A stretch of DNA of 64,000 nt, taken from the NCBI RefSeq assembly GCF_048403405.1, contig NZ_CP183129.1. One strand, written 5' to 3'. The position numbers and the translations under genes are program-made. This document shows, one piece after another, positions 24,690 through 35,460 of this stretch. Each line of letters starts with the position of its first letter. Position 1 is the first letter of the stretch. This DNA comes from Escherichia coli. GTDB taxonomy: Bacteria; Pseudomonadota; Gammaproteobacteria; Enterobacterales; Enterobacteriaceae. The notes under the pieces were generated by a model. The model ran no database searches. It was not told the origin of the DNA and worked only from the letters and a program-made list of their open reading frames with translations.

Positions 24690-26972
24690 ATGTCCGAGCT
24701 TAATGAAAAGTTAGCCACAGCCTGGGAAGGTTTTACCAAAGGTGACTGGCAGAATGAAGTAAACGTCCGTGACTTCATTCAGAAAAACTACACTCCGTAC
24801 GAGGGTGACGAGTCCTTCCTGGCTGGCGCTACTGAAGCGACCACCACCCTGTGGGACAAAGTAATGGAAGGCGTTAAACTGGAAAACCGCACTCACGCGC
24901 CAGTTGACTTTGACACCGCTGTTGCTTCCACCATCACCTCTCACGACGCTGGCTACATCAACAAAGCGTTGGAAAAAGTTGTTGGTCTGCAGACTGAAGC
25001 TCCGCTGAAACGTGCTCTTATCCCGTTCGGTGGTATCAAAATGATCGAAGGTTCCTGCAAAGCGTACAACCGCGAACTGGACCCGATGATCAAAAAAATC
25101 TTCACTGAATACCGTAAAACTCACAACCAGGGCGTGTTCGACGTTTACACTCCGGACATCCTGCGTTGCCGTAAATCCGGTGTTCTGACCGGTCTGCCAG
25201 ATGCTTATGGCCGTGGTCGTATCATCGGTGACTACCGTCGCGTTGCGCTGTACGGTATCGACTACCTGATGAAAGATAAACTTGCACAGTTCACCTCTCT
25301 GCAGGCTGATCTGGAAAACGGCGTAAACCTGGAACAGACTATCCGTCTGCGCGAAGAAATCGCTGAACAGCACCGCGCTCTGGGTCAGATGAAAGAAATG
25401 GCTGCGAAATACGGCTACGACATCTCTGGTCCGGCTACCAACGCTCAGGAAGCTATCCAGTGGACTTACTTCGGCTACCTGGCTGCTGTTAAGTCTCAGA
25501 ACGGTGCTGCAATGTCCTTCGGTCGTACCTCCACCTTCCTGGATGTGTACATCGAACGTGACCTGAAAGCTGGCAAGATCACCGAACAAGAAGCGCAGGA
25601 AATGGTTGACCACCTGGTCATGAAACTGCGTATGGTTCGCTTCCTGCGTACTCCGGAATACGATGAACTGTTCTCTGGCGACCCGATCTGGGCAACCGAA
25701 TCTATCGGTGGTATGGGCCTCGACGGTCGTACCCTGGTTACCAAAAACAGCTTCCGTTTCCTGAACACCCTGTACACCATGGGTCCGTCTCCGGAACCGA
25801 ACATGACCATTCTGTGGTCCGAAAAACTGCCGCTGAACTTCAAGAAATTCGCTGCTAAAGTGTCCATCGACACCTCTTCTCTGCAGTATGAGAACGATGA
25901 CCTGATGCGTCCGGACTTCAACAACGATGACTACGCTATCGCTTGCTGCGTAAGCCCGATGATCGTTGGTAAACAAATGCAGTTCTTCGGTGCGCGTGCA
26001 AACCTGGCGAAAACCATGCTGTACGCAATCAACGGTGGCGTTGACGAAAAACTGAAAATGCAGGTTGGTCCGAAGTCTGAGCCGATCAAAGGCGATCTCC
26101 TGAACTACGATGAAGTGATGGAGCGCATGGATCACTTCATGGACTGGCTGGCTAAACAGTACATCACTGCACTGAACATCATCCACTACATGCACGACAA
26201 GTACAGCTACGAAGCCTCTCTGATGGCGCTGCACGACCGTGACGTTATCCGCACCATGGCGTGTGGTATCGCTGGTCTGTCCGTTGCTGCTGACTCCCTG
26301 TCTGCAATCAAATATGCGAAAGTTAAACCGATTCGTGACGAAGACGGTCTGGCTATCGACTTCGAAATCGAAGGCGAATACCCGCAGTTTGGTAACAACG
26401 ATCCGCGTGTAGATGACCTGGCTGTTGACCTGGTAGAACGTTTCATGAAGAAAATTCAGAAACTGCACACCTACCGTGACGCTATCCCGACTCAGTCTGT
26501 TCTGACCATCACTTCTAACGTTGTGTATGGTAAGAAAACTGGTAACACCCCAGACGGTCGTCGTGCTGGCGCGCCGTTCGGACCGGGTGCTAACCCGATG
26601 CACGGTCGTGACCAGAAAGGTGCAGTAGCCTCTCTGACTTCCGTTGCTAAACTGCCGTTTGCTTACGCTAAAGATGGTATCTCCTACACCTTCTCTATCG
26701 TTCCGAACGCACTGGGTAAAGACGACGAAGTTCGTAAGACCAACCTGGCTGGTCTGATGGATGGTTACTTCCACCACGAAGCATCCATCGAAGGTGGTCA
26801 GCACCTGAACGTTAACGTGATGAACCGTGAAATGCTGCTCGACGCGATGGAAAACCCGGAAAAATATCCGCAGCTGACCATCCGTGTATCTGGCTACGCA
26901 GTACGTTTCAACTCGCTGACTAAAGAACAGCAGCAGGACGTTATTACTCGTACCTTCACTCAATCTATGTAA
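24690..26972 (+). CDS. pflB: pyruvate formate-lyase (formate C-acetyltransferase 1)
   Basis: 760-aa [18 protein letters not shown]...; glycyl-radical motif RVSGYAVRF near C-terminus. Confidence 0.97.
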   Translation: MSELNEKLATAWEGFTKGDWQNEVNVRDFIQKNYTPYEGDESFLAGATEATTTLWDKVMEGVKLENRTHAPVDFDTAVASTITSHDAGYINKALEKVVGLQTEAPLKRALIPFGGIKMIEGSCKAYNRELDPMIKKIFTEYRKTHNQGVFDVYTPDILRCRKSGVLTGLPDAYGRGRIIGDYRRVALYGIDYLMKDKLAQFTSLQADLENGVNLEQTIRLREEIAEQHRALGQMKEMAAKYGYDISGPATNAQEAIQWTYFGYLAAVKSQNGAAMSFGRTSTFLDVYIERDLKAGKITEQEAQEMVDHLVMKLRMVRFLRTPEYDELFSGDPIWATESIGGMGLDGRTLVTKNSFRFLNTLYTMGPSPEPNMTILWSEKLPLNFKKFAAKVSIDTSSLQYENDDLMRPDFNNDDYAIACCVSPMIVGKQMQFFGARANLAKTMLYAINGGVDEKLKMQVGPKSEPIKGDLLNYDEVMERMDHFMDWLAKQYITALNIIHYMHDKYSYEASLMALHDRDVIRTMACGIAGLSVAADSLSAIKYAKVKPIRDEDGLAIDFEIEGEYPQFGNNDPRVDDLAVDLVERFMKKIQKLHTYRDAIPTQSVLTITSNVVYGKKTGNTPDGRRAGAPFGPGANPMHGRDQKGAVASLTSVAKLPFAYAKDGISYTFSIVPNALGKDDEVRKTNLAGLMDGYFHHEASIEGGQHLNVNVMNREMLLDAMENPEKYPQLTIRVSGYAVRFNSLTKEQQQDVITRTFTQSM

Positions 26973-27012
26973 TTAGATTTGACTGAAATCGTACAGTAAA
27001 AAGCGTACAATA

Positions 27013-27040
27013 AAGGCTCCACGAAAGTGGGGCCTTTTTT
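27013..27040 (+). terminator. pflB intrinsic terminator
   Basis: GC hairpin GGCTCCAC-gaaa-GTGGGGCC followed by TTTTTT, 40 nt after pflB stop. Confidence 0.6.
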
Positions 27041-27165
27041 AGCACGAGAGCCTTTTTTGTCAGCTATCTATACTTTAAGGTGACTGCCAAAACAGACTCG
27101 ACGTAGCCTTCGAGCTGCGCACCAACACGGCCTCAGATGGGCCACATCTGGAGAAACACCGCAAT

Positions 27166-27178
27166 GTCAGTTATTGGT
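27166..27178. repeat. prophage attachment-site core, left copy (attL)
   Basis: GTCAGTTATTGGT identical to 62788-62800; preceded here by the native pflA ATG (27164-27166). Confidence 0.75.
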
Positions 27179-27253
27179 GACATTTTTTGATATCTAATTA
27201 CATGAAATAAAAGGATTTATTTCTTGTCACGTCCACACATTGACCACATCGAC

Positions 27254-27282
27254 AAAAAAGCCCCTCGACTGAGGGGCTTTCT
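27254..27282 (-). terminator. bidirectional hairpin terminator downstream of ogr
   Basis: AGCCCCTC-gact-GAGGGGCT flanked by A-run/T-run. Confidence 0.5.
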
Positions 27283-27290
27283 GTTTGTAA

Positions 27291-27509
27291 TTACATCCAC
27301 ATAATTTGCTGTCCTGATGGCAACGGGTGCGGCCTTACGGCGTGGACTTCTCCCGGCTTCACGATGTATCGCTGTACCGACTCATAAGTGATGAACGTGG
27401 CGCTGCAATTCACGTTCTGGCACTGATGATAACGCTCTTTTGTCGTGTCAGTGATATAGCGACTTGTACGCGCATGTGCGGCATGCTGGCATAAAGGACA
27501 ATGAAACAT
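27291..27509 (-). CDS. ogr: late-gene transcriptional activator Ogr (zinc finger)
   Basis: ORF 27291..27572; MFHCPLCQHAAHARTSRYITDTTKERYHQCQNVNC matches P2 Ogr; start placed at ATG 27509. Confidence 0.9.
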   Translation of the reverse strand: MFHCPLCQHAAHARTSRYITDTTKERYHQCQNVNCSATFITYESVQRYIVKPGEVHAVRPHPLPSGQQIMWM

Positions 27510-27590
27510 CGCGAGCACCTCTTCCGGTTTTGTTGATGGTGCCATTTTAGTTAATTTATCCTTACAAAACAAACAGATAAAACAAAAACA

Positions 27591-28754
27591 TCACTCATCA
27601 TCTTCTGTTTCGTACTCCACATCAGAAAGCCTGACCTCAAGCTCTAAGGACGTCGTGAAGCCGCTATTATTCAGAAAATGTGTCACCTTAGTGATTGTCC
27701 AGTCCTGCTCGTCTATGACGCGCTTAAAGCCAGACACTTTGACCGGTGTTTCCGTGTAAATATCTGCCCGACCGGTAGCCAGGCTGATGGAGAACTCCGC
27801 AACGCCCCGTTGCAGTTTATCCCACTTCGCCTGAGCGGCGCGCATGGCCTGCGCTTTCGTGGCATATACCGTGGTCAGGGCAAAAACGTTGTCAGCCTCA
27901 CCGGCCATGTATTCACCTTCACGCGCTTCCGGTACTTTAGGCGCTTTCTTCTGCCTGACCGGTTTCGCTTTCGGGTGCTCCAGTGCGCGCAGGTGTTTCT
28001 CTTTCTTTTTGCGTTTCAGTTTTACCTTCTGCTTTTGAGGCTTCGGGTCTTTGGTGTGTAGCCATTTTGCCGTTACACCGGTGTAGGCTCCACGGTCAGC
28101 AATCGCAAAATGATGGCGGTCGCCGTCGCTGCGGGTTATGGTGACCTGCGGGATTTTTTTACCGCTGGCCGTCACTCCCTGCCCCGCTTTGAGAAACAAC
28201 AGTTTTCCCATTTTTACCGACACCTCCCCGCCGTTGCGTTCAGCAAGGCGGGTCAGGAATTTTGCATCAGACTCCTGCGACTGGTCGATGTGCGGGATTT
28301 TAATTCCGGCCAGTGACGGCGCGACACTGGCTTCCAGCCTGTTACGGGAGGCTATCACCTCAACAATCGCACCGAGCGTGGTGTCATGCCAGGAGCCTTC
28401 ACTGCGGGAATTGAGCGTCCCGCGAAAATCTGCACTCCGGGCGCGGATGGTAACCACATCCGGCGCGCCCCGGTGTTCAACCTCATCAACGGTAAATTTC
28501 CCTTTGCATACCAGGGCAAAACCTTTCCAGCCGATATACACCGTCAGGACAGCGCCACGAACCGGCAGCCCGACCTGCCCGTCGGCATCGTTCAGTTCAA
28601 TATCAAGCTGGTCAGCCTCAAAGCCCCGGTTATCCGTCAGGGTCATGCTCATCAGACGGTCGCTGATATTGCCGGTAATATCCCTGCTGTCGAGCATCAG
28701 CATGTAATCCGGCGTCAGCGTACTGCCTGCATCAAATGTCAGCGCATCCAGCAT
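27591..28754 (-). CDS. D: tail protein D (late control D)
   Basis: 387-aa ORF; P2 gene order and size. Confidence 0.85.
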   Translation of the reverse strand: MLDALTFDAGSTLTPDYMLMLDSRDITGNISDRLMSMTLTDNRGFEADQLDIELNDADGQVGLPVRGAVLTVYIGWKGFALVCKGKFTVDEVEHRGAPDVVTIRARSADFRGTLNSRSEGSWHDTTLGAIVEVIASRNRLEASVAPSLAGIKIPHIDQSQESDAKFLTRLAERNGGEVSVKMGKLLFLKAGQGVTASGKKIPQVTITRSDGDRHHFAIADRGAYTGVTAKWLHTKDPKPQKQKVKLKRKKKEKHLRALEHPKAKPVRQKKAPKVPEAREGEYMAGEADNVFALTTVYATKAQAMRAAQAKWDKLQRGVAEFSISLATGRADIYTETPVKVSGFKRVIDEQDWTITKVTHFLNNSGFTTSLELEVRLSDVEYETEDDE

Positions 28755-29233
28755 TATCCCGCCCCCGTCATACCCGTGAATCTGGTCGCCATACTGCCAG
28801 CCTTACCGATGAGCGATTCCGCCTGTTTACCGATATCGCCATAAAGCGCGGCCAGTGATTCATCAACGCGGGTGAGCGACAGCGTAAAATCAATTTTCCG
28901 GGGTGTGCCGTCTGCAAAGAAAATACTCCCTGTTTCACTCACCCTGCTGATGACATACATGCCGTAAATCATGCCGGTGCCATCCAGCAACGGCCACGCC
29001 CGACCTTCCTCTGCCATCAGCCTGAGCGTGGTCATCGTCAGCTTTCCGCCTGTCAGTTCGGGATAAAGCACACCGGCAAGCGTAATGTTTTCCTCACCCA
29101 CACCGAGAAACTGAAAGGCATCCCGTTTACCGATACGGGAATTTGACGGCCAGCGATAATCTGATTCACGCTGCATGGTCTGGTGTGGCAGCGTCTGGCG
29201 CATAAAAACAAACATACCTAACGCGAGCATCAT
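28754..29233 (-). CDS. U: tail protein U
   Basis: 159-aa ORF; position between T and D. Confidence 0.85.
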   Translation of the reverse strand: MMLALGMFVFMRQTLPHQTMQRESDYRWPSNSRIGKRDAFQFLGVGEENITLAGVLYPELTGGKLTMTTLRLMAEEGRAWPLLDGTGMIYGMYVISRVSETGSIFFADGTPRKIDFTLSLTRVDESLAALYGDIGKQAESLIGKAGSMATRFTGMTGAG

Positions 29234-29247
29234 TTTTCGTCACCTCC

Positions 29248-31695
29248 TTAACCGTCATGCATCATGCTGGCACGGGCGCGCGCACGTTTATCCCGCTCGT
29301 ATTTTTCGAGCGCATCCTGTAACTGGCGGTCGAGCTGAGTCCCCGGTGCAGTACCGCCCGTCAGACTGATGTGATATTCGTTTTTACTCTGGTCCACATA
29401 AGAGCGGCCAGCCGGTGCCGTAACCGGCTGATAAGCCTGATAGCCTGCATAAGAGCTGGTCGCCGGAATATAACCACCGCTGCCATACGTGGCGGCTTGA
29501 GTTCTGGCGGCGGTCTGGTCAAGTGCGTCAGACTCTTTGTTGATGACCCCGAGCTTTTCCAGTACCCAGTCAATACCGCTGCGCAGTTTGTTGAACGCAT
29601 TAAGCGGCAGCATCAGCGCGTCAGCCAGTGCCTGCCCGAACATGACGCCCGTGTCACGGCAACGATTCAGGGTGTCCTGGGTGGCTTTAACCGGGGCAAT
29701 CAGGTTTTTAAACCACTGCCACGCGGCCTGTAACTTTTCGCCCAGCCAGTCAAACACCGGTTTCAGTGGCGTGAACAGCTCCCCCACCGGCGCAAATGCC
29801 GCTTTCAGCCCTTCAACCACACCGCCAAAGAATGCGCTGACAGGCTCCCAGTATTTACGGATAAGCAACGCCCCGGCGACAATGGCAGCCACCACGGCCA
29901 CAACCGGCCAGCTAATCGCCCCGATGGCCGTCATAATGGCACTACCAACCGTCGTGAAGATTGCACCCATTGCGCCTGCTGCCGCGATGATGGCATTGAT
30001 GCCGGTGATAACCGGCCAGGCTACGAGGCCAATGGCACCGATGACACCAGTCAGCGCCAGTGCACCACCGACAATGATGCCGATGGTTGACGCCAGTGAT
30101 TTGTTTTTCTGTATCCAGCCGTCGAGTTTTAACACATACTTTGTGGCCGTCTGCGTGAGCTTACGCAGCGCGCCTTCCTGCTGGTCAAACAGGTCAGTCC
30201 CCACCGCCTCATAAGCGGACTGAAACTCCTTAAAGTCACCGCCGAGGTTGTCCTGCATGATATTTACCAGCTCCGCGGTCTTCCCGTCTGAGGCTTTAAA
30301 CGCAGCGGTCAGTTTGTCCAGCTTTCCGGTTGAGGCGGCAGTCATCAGCACGGCGGCGGCTGAGCTGGCCTCCTCCCCGAAAATGGTTTTCATGTATTCA
30401 GCCTGCTGGGCAGTACCGAGCCGGTTTTTCTCAAAACTGGCCTGCATTTCTTTCAGAATTGTAAATACTGGTCGGGTGTTTCCCTTGCTATCTGAGGTTT
30501 TCACTCCAAGCTCTTTGAGTGCATCCCATGCTTTTCCCGTCGGTGCCTGCAGGCGACTTAACACGGCACGGCTTCCCGTCCCCGCCATTGAACCGGTAAT
30601 TTTTGCATCATGCAGCGCCCCGACCATTGCGGCGGTTTCTTCAATGCTGACACCGGCATTTTTTGCCACAGGTGCGGCATAGGTCAGCGCATCGCTCATA
30701 CCGTCAAAATCGGCGGCGGTTTTGTTCATCGTCATGGAGAGAACATCCCCGATATGAGCGACCTTATCGTTTGAAAGCTGAAAGGCGGATTTCATCCCCA
30801 TCAGCAGGGCGGCGTTTTCTTCCATCGTGCGACGGTTCGCCAGCGCCATATTCAGCGTGACCGGCGTTGCCGCCTGAATGGCATCAACATCCCCACCGGC
30901 TTTCGCAATAATAATCTGAGCACCGGCTGCATCATCTGCCGAGGCTGCGGTATTGTCGCCGAGCTGGCGCGCCTGCTTGCGGAGCGCGGCCATTTCGGCG
31001 GAGTCTTTTGCCACACCGAGCACGGCCTGCAATTCTGAGTTTTTCTGCGCAAACTCATAACCGGGCATCAGCAACTTAACTCCGGCCATCGTTCCCGCAG
31101 CAGCAATCCCCACACCGGCAGCGCCCACTGAGGCCATATTTCCGGCCAGTTCCTTTCCGGCCTGATAACGCTGTTTGACTGCGTTAAGTTTTGCCTGTTG
31201 CGCACTGACACGCGCCAGCGCGTCACGCTGCCGGTTAAGCTGGGCGGTGGTTTCACTGATACGGTTTTTCAGTCCCTGCTCATCATGTGCAAGATTGCGG
31301 GTATTAATTCCCACAACGGCCAGTTCCCGCTGCTGGCGTTTAACGGAATCCGTCAGGCGGTAATATTTCGCCTGTAAGTCCTCCGCCGCACGCTTCGCGG
31401 ATTCCAGCACTTTCGCCTTAGCACGTGTCGGACGTTCGGTGTTTTTAAACTGTGTTGCAAGGGCTTCGGCCTCCTGCCGTGCCTTTTCAAGTGCATGACC
31501 AGTCACGGCGAGCTGTGCACTGGTCTTGCGAAATCCCTCAATACGGGATGCGTGACCGTTCAGCTCGCGCAGTGATTTTTGTGTTTCCCGGATATCCCCC
31601 GACAGCGATTTGCTCGCTGTGCGGATGGATTTAAACGGGCGGGATGCCTGGTCAACAGCCCTGAGCAATACCTGTAATTTTACATTGTTACTCAT
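29248..31695 (-). CDS. T: tail tape-measure protein T
   Basis: 815-aa Ala/Gly-rich coiled-coil protein with TM stretch; P2 T size. Confidence 0.88.
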   Translation of the reverse strand: MSNNVKLQVLLRAVDQASRPFKSIRTASKSLSGDIRETQKSLRELNGHASRIEGFRKTSAQLAVTGHALEKARQEAEALATQFKNTERPTRAKAKVLESAKRAAEDLQAKYYRLTDSVKRQQRELAVVGINTRNLAHDEQGLKNRISETTAQLNRQRDALARVSAQQAKLNAVKQRYQAGKELAGNMASVGAAGVGIAAAGTMAGVKLLMPGYEFAQKNSELQAVLGVAKDSAEMAALRKQARQLGDNTAASADDAAGAQIIIAKAGGDVDAIQAATPVTLNMALANRRTMEENAALLMGMKSAFQLSNDKVAHIGDVLSMTMNKTAADFDGMSDALTYAAPVAKNAGVSIEETAAMVGALHDAKITGSMAGTGSRAVLSRLQAPTGKAWDALKELGVKTSDSKGNTRPVFTILKEMQASFEKNRLGTAQQAEYMKTIFGEEASSAAAVLMTAASTGKLDKLTAAFKASDGKTAELVNIMQDNLGGDFKEFQSAYEAVGTDLFDQQEGALRKLTQTATKYVLKLDGWIQKNKSLASTIGIIVGGALALTGVIGAIGLVAWPVITGINAIIAAAGAMGAIFTTVGSAIMTAIGAISWPVVAVVAAIVAGALLIRKYWEPVSAFFGGVVEGLKAAFAPVGELFTPLKPVFDWLGEKLQAAWQWFKNLIAPVKATQDTLNRCRDTGVMFGQALADALMLPLNAFNKLRSGIDWVLEKLGVINKESDALDQTAARTQAATYGSGGYIPATSSYAGYQAYQPVTAPAGRSYVDQSKNEYHISLTGGTAPGTQLDRQLQDALEKYERDKRARARASMMHDG

Positions 31696-32115
31696 TCGTG
31701 TTTCCGCTTCGCCGGAGCGCCTTTTCGCGCCATGTGATGAGTTCGGTCAGGCTCATGGGATACAGTTCTGATGGCGGCCAGTGAAATATCACTGCCACAT
31801 CCGCCATCAGGTCATCGACCGAGAGATTTTTCGGAAACGTCACTGCACCGAGTTCGGTGACAAAAAACCGACCACCTTACCGGCCAGCGCCACAAGGTCA
31901 GGCAGTTCCAGTGCGGCGACTTCCTGCTCGGTCAGCATCGGTGCCGTCATGCGCGGCAACACCTTAATCAGTGCATCGACTTCGGAGTTTGCGACCGCTG
32001 CCAGACTGACACCGCGCAGCGTCCCGGCACTGGGTTTCATCAGCGTGACCTGTTCGATAACCTGCTCACCACGTTTGACCGGATTGTCCAGGGTAATCAC
32101 ATTTTCTTTGTTCAT
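31688..32115 (-). CDS. E: tail assembly chaperone E and frameshift product E+E'
   Basis: E = 31840..32115 (91 aa). Slippery heptamer T_TTT_TTG on the minus strand at 31867-31861; the -1 frame continues to TAA at 31690-31688, overlapping the T start. Confidence 0.8.
31861..31867 (-). other. programmed -1 ribosomal frameshift site (E/E')
   Basis: mRNA heptamer UUUUUUG about 20 nt before the E stop; the -1 frame stays open for 59 codons. Confidence 0.7.
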
Positions 32116-32171
32116 GGTTTTCTCACTTATGAATCGGGGTTAACCGGTCAGCCAGGCTGACCGGATGAAAA

Positions 32172-32690
32172 TCACAGGCCGATATTGCGGCGGTGTTGCT
32201 CCAGCCGGTCGACGCCGTTCACCTTCTCAATCATGTTGATGGTGTCGATTTCGACCAGCTCCTTACCGTCCATCGTCAGCCGGAAATAGGTGCAGACCAC
32301 GGAGATTTTCGACTCGGTGTCTTCTCCCTGTTTACCCTCGCCGGTGTCGATTTCTTTCTGACGTCCACGCATGACCACCTCGACGGCCACCGTTTCGCCG
32401 GTATCGTCACGCTGGTAAGAGCCTGCAAAACGAATCGGCACAGCATCCACACCGGTTGCGGCGTAAAGCTCCCAGATAACCGAATCCGGGAAGCCACCCA
32501 GCGACCACTCCATTGACAGCGCATCGTCATCAAGGCCGAGGTCTACCGGTGCGCTGCCGTTCATTCCCGCACCGCGATAGTTTTCGAGCTTACGGGTCAG
32601 TTTTGGCAGCGTGACGGACTTTGCAACGCCCTGATAGCTGTAGCCGTTCAGAAAGACGTTCATTAATTTGAGTTTGCGCGGCATTGCCAT
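32172..32690 (-). CDS. FII: tail tube protein FII
   Basis: 172-aa ORF; matches P2 FII. Confidence 0.9.
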   Translation of the reverse strand: MAMPRKLKLMNVFLNGYSYQGVAKSVTLPKLTRKLENYRGAGMNGSAPVDLGLDDDALSMEWSLGGFPDSVIWELYAATGVDAVPIRFAGSYQRDDTGETVAVEVVMRGRQKEIDTGEGKQGEDTESKISVVCTYFRLTMDGKELVEIDTINMIEKVNGVDRLEQHRRNIGL

Positions 32691-32702
32691 CGGTCAGGCT
32701 CC

Positions 32703-33893
32703 TTAATTGCTGTTAACCGAGGTGACCAGATTTGCCAGGTATTTATCGGTAATACGCTGGCGCAGGGTCAGGTTTTCGAGAGGAGGCACCGGTGTATAGT
32801 CGTAGTCGATATACAGTTTTCCGGCCTTGAGGGTTTCCGCATCGTTGGATTCTTCGCTGAACCAGCAGGTCGCATCCACGATATAGCCGTTTGTTTTCAG
32901 CTCACGGAATTTGGCATTGATACCGTCAACGATGTCGCGAATCAGCGTTGCGGTGATGGGCTTGTCCACCGCCCACATGTGCGCCTCAGCCATCGTGTCG
33001 GCCAGCACCTGCGCGGTGCGGGTGTAGTTTTCAAAGAGGAACAGCGGGTCATCAGAGCAGGTACGGTTACCCCAGAAGCGGAAACCGTCGCGGCGAATCA
33101 GCGTAGTGACGCCTGACTCGTTAAGCAGGTCAGCATCGGTGCCGGACTCCTGCAAATCCCAGAATACAGATGCACTGATGCCGGTAACACCGTTCACCCC
33201 AACGTTGGACAGCGTTTTATGCCAGCCCTGCTCCTGGTCGATTTTAGCGCGCAGCCCCAGCGCACGGGCAGTGGCATACGCGGTGGCGGTGGTACTGGTG
33301 ACCGTATCCCATGCGAGGAAATCCGGCCAGATGACCATCAGCTCACGCTGGCTGAAATTCTGGCGGTAGGCTTTCACCTCAGAAATGGTTTTACAGCCCC
33401 ATGCGCTGATATACCCGAAAGCGCGCAGCTTCTGACAGACTGATGCCAGTGCAACAGCCACCTCTTTGGTATCCAGTCCCGGCACGCCGAGAATACGCGG
33501 TTTAACACCGGTTACCGACTCCGCCGCCAGCAGGGCTTTCAGTCCGGTGTACTGACCGTTTTCGTCGGTGGTACCGATGATATTGGAAACGGTCTGCGCA
33601 AGTTTCGTTTCTTCGTCGTCGCCGGTGCCGTCTTCCACGCGCACAACAACGGTGACCGGTTTTGACTGGTCAGCGATGGCCTGTAACGACGCCGCCAGCG
33701 TGCCTTTTTTACCGGCCTTTGCAATTGCGCTCTGCACATTGGTAATCAGCACCGGTTTATTGAGGGGGAAGGTTTCCGCATCTGCATCGCTGGCCGTGCA
33801 GACCATGCCGACAATGGCAGTGGATACGGTGGAAATGACGCGGGTGCCGTCGTTAATCTCCAGCACCTGCACGCCGTGATGATAGTCACTCAT
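32703..33893 (-). CDS. FI: contractile tail sheath protein FI
   Basis: ORF 32703..34007; start placed at ATG 33893 (MSDYHHGVQVLEINDGTR...), 396 aa. Confidence 0.9.
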   Translation of the reverse strand: MSDYHHGVQVLEINDGTRVISTVSTAIVGMVCTASDADAETFPLNKPVLITNVQSAIAKAGKKGTLAASLQAIADQSKPVTVVVRVEDGTGDDEETKLAQTVSNIIGTTDENGQYTGLKALLAAESVTGVKPRILGVPGLDTKEVAVALASVCQKLRAFGYISAWGCKTISEVKAYRQNFSQRELMVIWPDFLAWDTVTSTTATAYATARALGLRAKIDQEQGWHKTLSNVGVNGVTGISASVFWDLQESGTDADLLNESGVTTLIRRDGFRFWGNRTCSDDPLFLFENYTRTAQVLADTMAEAHMWAVDKPITATLIRDIVDGINAKFRELKTNGYIVDATCWFSEESNDAETLKAGKLYIDYDYTPVPPLENLTLRQRITDKYLANLVTSVNSN

Positions 33894-34353
33894 CCGTCTA
33901 ACTCCGTGGTTAATGGGTGAGTGGTATTTTCTGTTGTGCAGAGCATGAGACGCTATTTGACCTGGCTGGTCAGTGGATGAAACAACAGATAAAGAAAAGG
34001 CGGACAATCCGCCCGCCTGTCATGATTTGTACTCACTTATTTCCCGACTGACAATTTACATAGCCAAAACGCTATCAAATCTGACAGTCTGCTTTGAGCG
34101 AGGAGCGGAAGTTAAGGGGCGGTTTAGTATCTAACATGATCTATATGAAATAGTGATTCTTGGCGTATTGCTAATACAACCCCGATTTGATGTAACTCTT
34201 GTCCACTTTCATCTAACTTCCTCTTGTTCAGGTTCATTTTTAACTGCTAATATGCAGTATATAAAGGAACATGGGTTTACCGTTGTAAGATGCTGCTGAA
34301 AGGTAAGCATAATTATATTGTTAGGTGTCTTTTTATTTTTAAAGGCTTTAAAC

Positions 34354-35460
34354 ATGTCTAAAACACGCGATGATTTCAGCTCAAAAACTGTAAGAGCTCT
34401 AGCACTACGGGCTGGTTATAGGTGCTCATTCCCCGGTTGTAATCAGCTTACAGTTGGCCCCAGTGATGAATCCTTAACATCTATCACAAATATTGGGGTA
34501 GCTGCGCACATTCATGCCGCAGCTCCTGGGCCATTAGCAAGACGATATGATCCTAATCAAACACCAGATGAAAGGAAAGATATAAATAATGGCATCTGGA
34601 TGTGTGTTAATCACAGCGTTGAAATTGATAGAGATGAAATTAGATATACAGCAGAAATTCTTAAAGAAATGAAGAAAGCCCACGAAGAAGAGATTAAAAA
34701 AGAGGTGAGCAATGGTTCTTCATCAACCAAACATAATGATTTCATTGCAATAGGTATAGACATTATCGTTTTCGGAGAGCTTACCGGAATCTCAACCAAT
34801 GAGTGGACTATAAAATTTGCAAACTTCTTTACTGGCGATTTATCTAAGTTAATATCTTTCAACGAAAGATTCCACTCCATCCCTACCGAAGAAAAATTTA
34901 TTCTAGTTAATCAACTTGGTGAGGGGCGTTTGTTATCAGCACCAATAAAATTAAATAAATTACCAGATAGCTATGAAGTAATCGTCCCTGTTGAAATAGA
35001 CACTCCGCGCATCAATTGCAATAGCCTCCCAATGGATTTAGATATTTTCACGACAGGCGATTTATTTGTAAATAGTTCTGGTGATATAGCTACGATATCG
35101 GGGTTTGAAGCTTTACCACAAAAAATATATACTTCCCTTTCCACCATTAGAGGTGAGATTTATTCCCATCCAACATTGGGTTCCAGAATAAGACAGTTCT
35201 TCCATGACTTTGAAGGAACAATGTGGCTAGACAAATTAGTTAAATTAGAAGTTATACGCTTATCTTGTATACCAATTTTTGATTCAATCACAAAAAACAA
35301 ATACACTCCATTACATTGTGTAAAAAATGTCAAAAATATTCGGGTGATACCAACTGAATATAAAGATAGCAAATTACCTATTGAGTTCACCCTTGATATT
35401 GAAGGTTTCGGCATCTGGTCCAAAGAAATAAGTGTTTTCTCACCTAAATACGATGAATAA
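34354..35460 (+). CDS. accessory (moron) protein with N-terminal HNH-nuclease-like motif; function unknown
   Basis: ORF 34318..35460 (TTG); probable ATG start 34354 with AAAGG SD. Motif RCSFPGC...AAHIHAAAPG...NNGIWMCVNHSVEID fits the HNH pattern; AT-rich; at the P2 Z/fun variable position. Confidence 0.6.
   Translation: MSKTRDDFSSKTVRALALRAGYRCSFPGCNQLTVGPSDESLTSITNIGVAAHIHAAAPGPLARRYDPNQTPDERKDINNGIWMCVNHSVEIDRDEIRYTAEILKEMKKAHEEEIKKEVSNGSSSTKHNDFIAIGIDIIVFGELTGISTNEWTIKFANFFTGDLSKLISFNERFHSIPTEEKFILVNQLGEGRLLSAPIKLNKLPDSYEVIVPVEIDTPRINCNSLPMDLDIFTTGDLFVNSSGDIATISGFEALPQKIYTSLSTIRGEIYSHPTLGSRIRQFFHDFEGTMWLDKLVKLEVIRLSCIPIFDSITKNKYTPLHCVKNVKNIRVIPTEYKDSKLPIEFTLDIEGFGIWSKEISVFSPKYDE

Noticed and set aside
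24711-26963. 750-codon ORF on the minus strand spanning almost all of pflB
   Set aside because: It is antisense to a highly conserved, highly expressed gene; long antisense frames are common opposite codon-biased genes, and it has no independent start context.
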